Shown here: piece after piece, positions 1-6,013 of the stretch | Layout of the letters: the number at the start of each line of letters is the position of its first letter | Numbering within the stretch: position 1 is the first letter of the stretch | DNA from: an uncultured virus (IMG/VR IMGVR_UViG_3300027921_000114) | Taxonomy: Duplodnaviria; Heunggongvirae; Uroviricota; Caudoviricetes | DNA: 20,000 bases | Direction: 5' to 3' (one strand) | Virus record (IMG/VR): IMGVR_UViG_3300027921_000114 | The notes under the pieces: model-generated | Told to the model about the DNA's origin: nothing | Seen by the model: the letters and a program-made list of their open reading frames with translations, nothing else | Databases searched by the model: none | Made by a program: the position numbers and the translations under genes

Positions 1-351
1 GGCGATGGCCTGCGGCCGATCCACCAGTTCACCCTTGAGACGGGCCAGCCGCACCTTGTTCGTCTGCGCCTTGACCACCTCGTTGACGGTGCGCGCCTGA
101 AGCAGCGACGTGCCGCCCGATGGCAGCGCGGCGGTCTGCTCCCCGGCGCTCTCCCGCACGGCAACGCTCTCCGCGCGCTGTTGTGTTCCCTTCTTTTGGG
201 TGTCCGTGTTGCGTGCCCACTCGCGGTCGGCACGGTCAGGATCGATGGTGCCGTCAGCCTCGGGCGTTACCCGACCGGCACGAATCGCCTTGTGCACGGC
301 GGTGTCGGTGACCCCACGGTGACGGGCGTAAGCGCGTATCGAAATTCCCAT
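1..351 (-). CDS. Putative terminase small subunit (Nu1-like HTH), 3' end outside the window
   Basis: Not in the ORF track; translated by hand from ATG at 351: MGISIRAYARHRGVTDTAVHKAIRAGRVTPEADGTIDPDRADREW...KVRLARLKGELVDRPQAIA, open to base 1. N-terminal HTH and a 'RLKGELV' segment resemble Nu1-type proteins. Confidence 0.7.
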   Translation of the reverse strand, partial: MGISIRAYARHRGVTDTAVHKAIRAGRVTPEADGTIDPDRADREWARNTDTQKKGTQQRAESVAVRESAGEQTAALPSGGTSLLQARTVNEVVKAQTNKVRLARLKGELVDRPQAIA

Positions 352-392
352 CGGCCTCTTCAATCATTTGTTCGTCATTCCAGTGGATTCAG

Positions 393-422
393 CTTGGCTT
401 CCATCTGGAACAGCGCGTTCAT
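393..422 (+). promoter_or_regulatory. Conserved motif copy 1, CTTGGCTT-N10-CAGCGCGTTCAT
   Basis: CTTGGCTT CCATCTGGAA CAGCGCGTTCAT, 34 nt before ATG 457. Confidence 0.75.
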
Positions 423-456
423 ACGTTCGTCATCCACTTTTTCAAAGGACACGGAA

Positions 457-663
457 ATGAGCCAGATCGAAACCATCCTCACCCTGATTGCGCAGAAGCA
501 CCTCGGCATCGAAACCCTGGAAACGCGCAAGTCAGACAGCCTCGACTTCCACGACACGGCGGTCTGGTGCATCCGCGACGCCCTCGAAGCCGCGTTCAAA
601 GCGGGTGCCGAACTCGGTGCGTCGTTGCCAAAGGCCACGGAGTCAGAGATTGCCAACAGCTGA
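457..663 (+). CDS. Small conserved phage protein (DUF6900-like), 68 aa
   Basis: AAAGGA RBS, ATG 457; IAQKHLGIETLETRKSDSLDFHDTAVWCIRDALEAAFKAG signature. Confidence 0.75.
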   Translation: MSQIETILTLIAQKHLGIETLETRKSDSLDFHDTAVWCIRDALEAAFKAGAELGASLPKATESEIANS

Positions 664-675
664 TCGAAAGACAGC

Positions 676-723
676 GAAGCCAAGCACGAAACGCTTGGCT
701 TCAGCCCCAAACAGCGCGTTCAT
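676..723 (+). promoter_or_regulatory. Conserved motif copy 2 with 10-bp hairpin
   Basis: GAAGCCAAGC (676-685) pairs with GCTTGGCTTC (693-702); motif CTTGGCTT CAGCCCCAAA CAGCGCGTTCAT at 694-723, 34 nt before ATG 758. Confidence 0.75.
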
Positions 724-757
724 CACATCACCATCAACCACCTCGAAGGAGCACCAA

Positions 758-1273
758 ATGACCACCACCCAACTCACCGTCAGCCAGCACGCCGTCCTTG
801 CCCACGCCATCCACCACAGCGATGGCAAGCTCGACTGGTTCCCAGACAACATCAAAGGCGGCGCGCGCAAGAAAGTCCTCGACGGACTGTTCAACCGCGC
901 CCTCATCACCACCGACGGCAGCGACTGGTTCGTTGTCGCCGAGGGCTACGACGCCCTTGGCTGCGAACGTCCAGCGCCTGCGCCCTTGGCAGCAGACCCC
1001 GAGATCGAGGCCGCCGTGACGGCCGCAGAGGCCACGTGGGCGCAAGAGCGCACCGACACCAAACCCCGCACCCGCGAGAACAGCAAGCAGGCCACCGTGA
1101 TCCAGATGCTGCGGCGTCCCGAGGGCGCAACGGTGCGCCAAATCTGCGAAACCACCGGCTGGCAAGCGCACACCGTGCGCGGCACCTTTGCCGGTGCCTT
1201 CAAGAAGAAACTTGGGCTCGCCATCCTCTCGGACAAGACCGACGGCGGCGAGCGCGTGTACCGGATCGCGTGA
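758..1273 (+). CDS. DUF3489-domain protein (probable winged-helix DNA-binding C-terminus), 171 aa
   Basis: AAGGAG RBS, ATG 758; SKQATVIQMLRRPEGATVRQICETTGWQAHTVRGTFAGAFKKKLG...RVYRI signature. Confidence 0.85.
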   Translation: MTTTQLTVSQHAVLAHAIHHSDGKLDWFPDNIKGGARKKVLDGLFNRALITTDGSDWFVVAEGYDALGCERPAPAPLAADPEIEAAVTAAEATWAQERTDTKPRTRENSKQATVIQMLRRPEGATVRQICETTGWQAHTVRGTFAGAFKKKLGLAILSDKTDGGERVYRIA

Positions 1274-1292
1274 TCCAGAAAGATTGAAAATA

Positions 1293-1334
1293 AAGCCAAG
1301 ATCGCTTGGCTTCTCAATCGAACAGCGCGTTACT
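1293..1334 (+). promoter_or_regulatory. Conserved motif copy 3 with hairpin
   Basis: AAGCCAAG-ATCG-CTTGGCTT inverted repeat; motif CTTGGCTT CTCAATCGAA CAGCGCGTTACT at 1305-1334, 36 nt before ATG 1371. Confidence 0.75.
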
Positions 1335-1370
1335 ACGGGTGTCGAAACGATCAACCCCAAGGAGCCAACG

Positions 1371-1739
1371 ATGAACACCAGCAACCAAATCCCCGCCACC
1401 CAGAACGAAGACTGGGGCTTTTGGGGCACGATGAACGAGCAGGCCGCCGCAGCGTGGCCAATGGCGATGACCGCGATCTCGGACGCGACCAACCAGCCCC
1501 TCGAATCGGTCAGACTTTTCCTCGACAGCCGCCACGGACGCCACTTTGCAGACGACGTCCTCAACGCGCTGCTGATTGGCAACAACGTCGAGCAAGCAGT
1601 CCACGCGGCGATTGCCCGGTGGATGGGCTGGACGATTGGCCGAGTGACCTCCCGCGACTACGGCATCCCGCGCGGCTTGCCCTACCTGACGGGCTTCGTG
1701 ATTCACTGCGAAGTCACCGACGAAGCATTTGCCGCCTGA
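1371..1739 (+). CDS. Hypothetical phage protein, 122 aa
   Basis: AAGGAG RBS, ATG 1371; WGFWGTM and FLDSRHGRHFADDV segments; preceded by motif copy 3. Confidence 0.75.
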   Translation: MNTSNQIPATQNEDWGFWGTMNEQAAAAWPMAMTAISDATNQPLESVRLFLDSRHGRHFADDVLNALLIGNNVEQAVHAAIARWMGWTIGRVTSRDYGIPRGLPYLTGFVIHCEVTDEAFAA

Positions 1740-2974
1740 TCATCGAACACCACCCCATCGGATTCGCGGGTGGCCTGCTTGCCCGTCCAGTCCTGCCAGC
1801 GGCGCACGATCACATCGACATACTTGGGGTCGAGTTCGATCAAGCGCGCCAGCCGTCCCGATTTTTCGGCAGCGATCAGTGTTGTGCCGGAGCCACCGAA
1901 GGGGTCGAGCACCACGTTGCCCGGGCGGCTTGAATTGCGAATTGCACGCTCCACCAGTTCCACTGGCTTCATCGTCGGGTGCAGATCGTTCTTGTGCGGC
2001 TTCTTGATCTGCCAGACGTCGCTCTGGTCGCGATCCCCGCACCAATGGCGCGTCGCGCCTTCTGGCCATCCGTAGAGGATCGGCTCGTACTGGCGCTGGT
2101 AGTCGGAGCGGCCCAGTGTGAAAGTGTTCTTGGCCCAGATAACGAAGGTCGACCATTTGCCGCCCGCCTCGCGGAAGGCTGACTGCAGCACATCCAGTTC
2201 ACTGGAGGACATCGCCACGTAGATGCCGCCCCGGCAGTTGGCGATGGTCGGCGTCAACGCCGCCAGCAGGAAATCATAAAAGCCATCCCCAAGGTTGTCG
2301 TTCAGGATTGCGCGGTTGGTACCGCGCATCTTGTCCTTGGCCGTGTTGGCGTAGTTCACGTTGTACGGGGGGTCGGTGAATACCATGTCCACCTGCGCGC
2401 CCTGAAGTAATTGCTCGAAGCACTCTGCTTTTGTTGAGTCTCCGCACAGCAGGCGGTGACCACCCAGCATCCAGACATCGCCCGGACGGGAGATCGGTGT
2501 TTCGGTAATCTCTGGCACGGCATCGTCGTCGGTCTCACCGTCACCGTTGCCATCCTCATCGGCCAGCAAATCAGCCAGCGCATCCGCGTCAAAGCCGGTC
2601 AGCGACACATCGAAGTCGTCGTCCTGCAGAGTCACCAATTCGATGCGCAGCATCGCTTCGTCCCAGCCTGCGTTCTCGGCGATCCGGTTGTCAGCAATCA
2701 CCAGCGCACGCCGCTGGGTGGGGCTCAGGTGTTCCAGCACCACGACCGGCACCAGTGCCAGCCCGAGCTTGTGGGCGGCGGCCAGACGTCCGTGACCGGC
2801 GACGATCACGCCATCGGCACCGGCCAGAATGGGGTTGGTGAAACCAAACTCGGCAATCGAGGCAGCAATCTGCGCGACCTGTTCTTCCGAGTGCGTCCGC
2901 GCATTGCGGGCGTAGGGCAGCAGTTTGGCGGTCGGCCACTGCTCGATTTTGTCGGCAAGCCACGATGCGCTCAT
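1703..2974 (-). CDS. ParB/Srx-like N-terminal domain fused to beta-class amino (N6-A/N4-C) DNA methyltransferase, 423 aa
   Basis: ATG 2974 overlaps the upstream stop (ATGA); PYARNARTH and IVAGHGRL (ParB-like); TDPPY (motif IV), HPTMKP, DPFGGSGTT (motif I). Confidence 0.92.
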   Translation of the reverse strand: MSASWLADKIEQWPTAKLLPYARNARTHSEEQVAQIAASIAEFGFTNPILAGADGVIVAGHGRLAAAHKLGLALVPVVVLEHLSPTQRRALVIADNRIAENAGWDEAMLRIELVTLQDDDFDVSLTGFDADALADLLADEDGNGDGETDDDAVPEITETPISRPGDVWMLGGHRLLCGDSTKAECFEQLLQGAQVDMVFTDPPYNVNYANTAKDKMRGTNRAILNDNLGDGFYDFLLAALTPTIANCRGGIYVAMSSSELDVLQSAFREAGGKWSTFVIWAKNTFTLGRSDYQRQYEPILYGWPEGATRHWCGDRDQSDVWQIKKPHKNDLHPTMKPVELVERAIRNSSRPGNVVLDPFGGSGTTLIAAEKSGRLARLIELDPKYVDVIVRRWQDWTGKQATRESDGVVFDDQAANASSVTSQ

Positions 2975-4386
2975 GGCGACACCGCCGCGCCTGCCAGTCG
3001 TTCGGCGGCCACGGCCTCGAAGGTCTGGCCCACATTTTCTCCATCGCCCAGCAGCGTCACCGGCACGTCCGGGAAATTCTGCTGGAAACGCTTGACCGCG
3101 ACGTCCACGTATTCGGGGGCGATCTCGACCGCGTGGCACCGGCGACCGTTACGCTCGGCGGCCAACATCGTCGTGCCACTACCGCCGAACGGCTCGAACA
3201 CAATGTCGCCGCTGTCCGAGTAGGCGTCGAGGATGAACTCCGGCAGCGCCACCGGGAATACGGCAGGGTGGTCGATGTCCTGACCGATCTTGCCCTTGTG
3301 CCGCATCACGCGGATCACCGAGTCGGGAATCCGCTTGTCCTGCGTGGGCTGGCCTGCGTGTGTCCAGCCGCCAACCTCGCCATCCTTGCCGCGCATCGCT
3401 GTCGACGAGCCATCGGCGCGCAGATGCGAATCCTGTCCCGCGTGCTTACAGGGTACGATCTTGTTGGGCTTGCGGCTCTGCCGATTGAAGTGAAAAACGA
3501 ATTCAAAGCTCGGGGCCAGCCGCCCCTGCCAGTCGCCGGGCATCCCCGGCCCCTGATCCCAGACGTACCATGCGAAGCGCCGCCAATCTTGCGTGCGCAT
3601 CCAGCCGAGCCAGCCGTCCCAGTACGGGATGACTTCGTTGTCGCGGTGGATCAGTCCGAGGTTAACCAGCACCTGACCGTCGTCGGCCATCGGCACGTTG
3701 CCGAACACGCCGCGCATCAGGCCATCCCAATCGGTGATGCCACCACTGGCGTAGTCGCGCTGGTTGCCGTAGGGCGGCGAGGTGAAGCAGAGCTTGGCCT
3801 GCTCGCCCAGCATCAGACTGGCGATCACGGACGGGTCGGCGGCGTCACCGCAGATCAGCCGGTGCTGCCCCAATGCCCACACATCGCCAGGGCGAGACAC
3901 CGGGATCGTCGGGGTGTCCGGTACATCGTCGGCCGCATCTGGTTCGTCGGTGTCCTGCTCCTGGTCGCCATCGCCGTCGCCGAGGTCGTCGGCCAGCAAG
4001 GCTTCGATCTCGGCATCCTCGAAACCAGTAAGTGCGAGGTCGAACCCGGCTTCTGACAACTCGGCCAGTTCCAGCGCCAGCATCGCGTCGTCCCATCCGG
4101 CATCCAGCGCGAGGCGGTTGTCGGAGATCACGTAGGCACGCTTTTGCGTCGGCGACAGATGCGCCAGTTCAATCACCGGCACCTCGGTCAGGCCCAACTT
4201 GTGCGCGGCAGCGAGCCGACCGTGGCCAGCGATGATGCCGTTGTCGCCATCCACCAGTACCGGATTTGTCCAACCGTACTCGACGATGCTGGCGGCGATC
4301 TTGGCCACCTGCTCGTCGTTGTGCGTTCGCGGATTCCGGGCGTAGGGGATCAGCGCCTCGACCTTGCGGTACTCGACGTTGAGCAT
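2971..4386 (-). CDS. ParB/Srx-like N-terminal domain fused to beta-class amino DNA methyltransferase (SPPY type), 471 aa
   Basis: PYARNPRTH, IIAGHGRL, acidic linker, TSPPY, HPAVFP, EPFGGSGTT. Confidence 0.92.
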   Translation of the reverse strand: MLNVEYRKVEALIPYARNPRTHNDEQVAKIAASIVEYGWTNPVLVDGDNGIIAGHGRLAAAHKLGLTEVPVIELAHLSPTQKRAYVISDNRLALDAGWDDAMLALELAELSEAGFDLALTGFEDAEIEALLADDLGDGDGDQEQDTDEPDAADDVPDTPTIPVSRPGDVWALGQHRLICGDAADPSVIASLMLGEQAKLCFTSPPYGNQRDYASGGITDWDGLMRGVFGNVPMADDGQVLVNLGLIHRDNEVIPYWDGWLGWMRTQDWRRFAWYVWDQGPGMPGDWQGRLAPSFEFVFHFNRQSRKPNKIVPCKHAGQDSHLRADGSSTAMRGKDGEVGGWTHAGQPTQDKRIPDSVIRVMRHKGKIGQDIDHPAVFPVALPEFILDAYSDSGDIVFEPFGGSGTTMLAAERNGRRCHAVEIAPEYVDVAVKRFQQNFPDVPVTLLGDGENVGQTFEAVAAERLAGAAVSP

Positions 4387-4404
4387 ATTCAGTTTGTGTC
4401 TCTC

Positions 4405-4453
4405 AAAAAGAAGCGGCCCGGACGGGTAAGGTGGGAACCCCGTCGCGGGCCGC
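4405..4453 (-). terminator. Putative intrinsic terminator/hairpin upstream of the methyltransferases
   Basis: GCGGCCCG-GACGGG pairs with CCCGTC-G-CGGGCCGC; followed on the - strand by TTCTTTTT. Confidence 0.55.
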
Positions 4454-4477
4454 GAGCGTCGCTGCTGCGTTGAAATG

Positions 4478-4512
4478 AAAAAACCCGCCGACGTTCAGAG
4501 CGTGGGCGGGTT
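4478..4512 (-). terminator. Putative intrinsic terminator
   Basis: AACCCGCC/GGCGGGTT stem with a T-tract on the - strand. Confidence 0.65.
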
Positions 4513-4540
4513 CGTAATGCGTGCTGGATGGTGGCGGGGG

Positions 4541-4575
4541 TGCAAACTGCAAACCCTGCAAACCTTGGTTTGCAG
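4541..4575. repeat. TGCAAAC direct and inverted repeats (candidate cosB-like terminase sites)
   Basis: TGCAAAC at 4541, 4548 and 4557; palindrome CTGCAAACC-TT-GGTTTGCAG at 4556-4575. Confidence 0.7.
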
Positions 4576-4593
4576 TCGGACGCTAGAGCAATG

Positions 4594-4637
4594 CCGCGCT
4601 CGCGCCTCCCGCATACGATATTTGGAAAGAAGGACCC
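4594..4637 (-). other. Putative lambda-like cos site (cosQ + cosN)
   Basis: - strand GGGTCCT-N20-GGGAGGCGCGAG-CGCGG, compared with lambda cosQ GGGTCCT and cosN GGGCGGCGACCT-CGCGG. Confidence 0.6.
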
Positions 4638-4740
4638 CTTTTGCCTTGGGTCACTTCCTTTATCGTCACCGCTGTCCAGAAGATAGCCGAAATACTACCC
4701 CCAAACCGCTCGTTTTGTTGCACGACCAAACAGCGTCAAA

Positions 4741-4779
4741 AGGGACAAGCAGGGCAAAGCGAGGACAAGCGCGGCAAGC
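4741..4779. repeat. Four ~10-bp tandem degenerate repeats
   Basis: AGGGACAAGC AGGGCAAAGC GAGGACAAGC GCGGCAAGC, immediately after the DUF6362 stop codon. Confidence 0.65.
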
Positions 4780-4780
4780 A

Positions 4781-5197
4781 TTACCCTGCGTGACTCACGA
4801 TTTTGGAAGGTGAGCAACGACCTTCGCTGTTGAGATTGGTCGCCACGATCTCCAGCGCCTTCTGCCAGCGCCGCCACGCGGTGGTGCGGTCGCAGGCAAA
4901 GCGGATCGTGATGTCACGCCATCCGTAACGCTTGGCCCGCATCCACACGAGGTGACGCTGCTCGACCTCAAGCCACTGCACCCAGCGCATCGTCTCCAGC
5001 ATCCGATCAATGTCGACGGGGCTGGGTGGGAACGGTCGGTACTCACGGGCGTCTGATGAGAAGGCTTCCCACTCCGTGCGCACGAAGGCAGGCCACGTAT
5101 TGAAGTAGCCCTGGACACGGACAGGGGGCAGGCGTCGGCCAGTGACCGCAGCATCCTCGAAGCGTGCAGCCACGTCGTCTATCGTCCACTCAGTCAT
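4781..5197 (-). CDS. DUF6362-like protein with C-terminal HTH; probable late-gene regulator, 138 aa
   Basis: MTEWTIDDVAARFEDAA...LPPVRVQGYFNTWP...GWRDITIRFACDRTTAWRRW; last gene of the early operon, in the lambda Q position. Confidence 0.75.
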   Translation of the reverse strand: MTEWTIDDVAARFEDAAVTGRRLPPVRVQGYFNTWPAFVRTEWEAFSSDAREYRPFPPSPVDIDRMLETMRWVQWLEVEQRHLVWMRAKRYGWRDITIRFACDRTTAWRRWQKALEIVATNLNSEGRCSPSKIVSHAG

Positions 5198-5393
5198 GAC
5201 GTGCCCCTCCGTACAGGCGTTCGCCAATGCGGCGCACGATCTCCCGCTCAATGAAGTCCAATCGCTCGTCAGACTCGTTGACCACCAAGATGTGCTGGTC
5301 ACGCCAGCCGTTGCGTTTCATCGCATCCAGATCTGTGGTGTCTGGTTGCAGCCGACCCAAGGGGCAGCGGTATTGAGGTGTTGGAACCTTCAT
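5190..5393 (-). CDS. Hypothetical protein, 67 aa
   Basis: GGAGG RBS; ATG 5393 sits next to the upstream stop and the ORF overlaps the downstream start. Confidence 0.65.
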   Translation of the reverse strand: MKVPTPQYRCPLGRLQPDTTDLDAMKRNGWRDQHILVVNESDERLDFIEREIVRRIGERLYGGARHD

Positions 5394-5394
5394 C

Positions 5395-5871
5395 TCACAC
5401 CTCCTGCGTCTCGATAGCCCAGTGCAGCAGTGCCAGGGCATCGGCTTCGTTGTCATCGCAAGGGGTGTGACCACGCAACTGGACGGAGGTGATCATCTCG
5501 TTCTTGCCTGCATTGCCTTTGCCGGTTGCGTGCTTCTTGATCGTTCCCACTGGCACGCCTTGGTATGGGATGTTGTGATGTTCACACCACGCGGTCAGAT
5601 GGCCCATGAAACCGCCGTAGACGTGGGCGGCATCCACCCCCGCGTGGCGTCGAACCTCTTCGAAGTACACCGCGTTGATGTGGCCGCTGGTGGTCATCAG
5701 TTCGGCCAGCCAGCGCTTGAATCGCAGGAAGCGCATTCCGCCGCCTTCAAATCGCTGCGGCTTGAAATGCTCGGTGCCACTGGTGATCGTGCTGTCCAGC
5801 TGGTGCAGCGCCCAGCCGGTGTGCGTGCCCAGATCAAGGGCAAGAATGGTGCTGTTGGTTGTCGTATTCAT
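5395..5871 (-). CDS. Phage RuvC-like Holliday junction resolvase, 158 aa
   Basis: ILALDLGTHTGWA, YFEEV, IKKHATGKGNAGK and DDNEADALAL motifs of the RNase H/RuvC fold; AGGAG RBS 8 nt before ATG 5871. Confidence 0.85.
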   Translation of the reverse strand: MNTTTNSTILALDLGTHTGWALHQLDSTITSGTEHFKPQRFEGGGMRFLRFKRWLAELMTTSGHINAVYFEEVRRHAGVDAAHVYGGFMGHLTAWCEHHNIPYQGVPVGTIKKHATGKGNAGKNEMITSVQLRGHTPCDDNEADALALLHWAIETQEV

Positions 5872-5896
5872 CGTCATTGCTCCTGAGTTTTTGGGG

Positions 5897-6000
5897 CGAG
5901 TGACGGATGCGACGGGTTCTCCGTATAACTCTCTACACGTGTGCGTGCGCGTGCGCAGGCAAAGAGATGTATCCGACAAGTCCGTCACATCCGTCACTCG
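5897..6000. repeat. 19-bp inverted repeat flanking an alternating purine/pyrimidine tract; candidate replication origin
   Basis: CGAGTGACGGATGCGACGG (5897-5915) and CCGTCACATCCGTCACTCG (5982-6000), one mismatch; directly downstream of the primase gene. Confidence 0.65.
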
Positions 6001-6013
6001 ACGGTTTTGCTGG

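Noticed and set aside
393..422. Motif as a sigma32 or sigma54 promoter
   Set aside because: No CCCCAT box and the CTTG-to-CAT distance is too long for sigma32; TTGGC is not followed by TTGC at -12 as sigma54 requires
393..1334. 30-bp repeats as a CRISPR array or attC sites
   Set aside because: They are separated by whole genes, have a variable centre, and lack both cas1/cas2 or intI and the RYYYAAC/GTTRRRY ends
181..1370. Upstream extensions of the three + strand ORFs (starts 181, 488, 1188)
   Set aside because: They overlap other genes or the motif; RBS-supported ATGs are at 457, 758 and 1371
1703..4386. Type II restriction-modification system
   Set aside because: No adjacent endonuclease; the PD-(D/E)XK gene is 4 kb away in the recombination module and is Cas4/RecB-like
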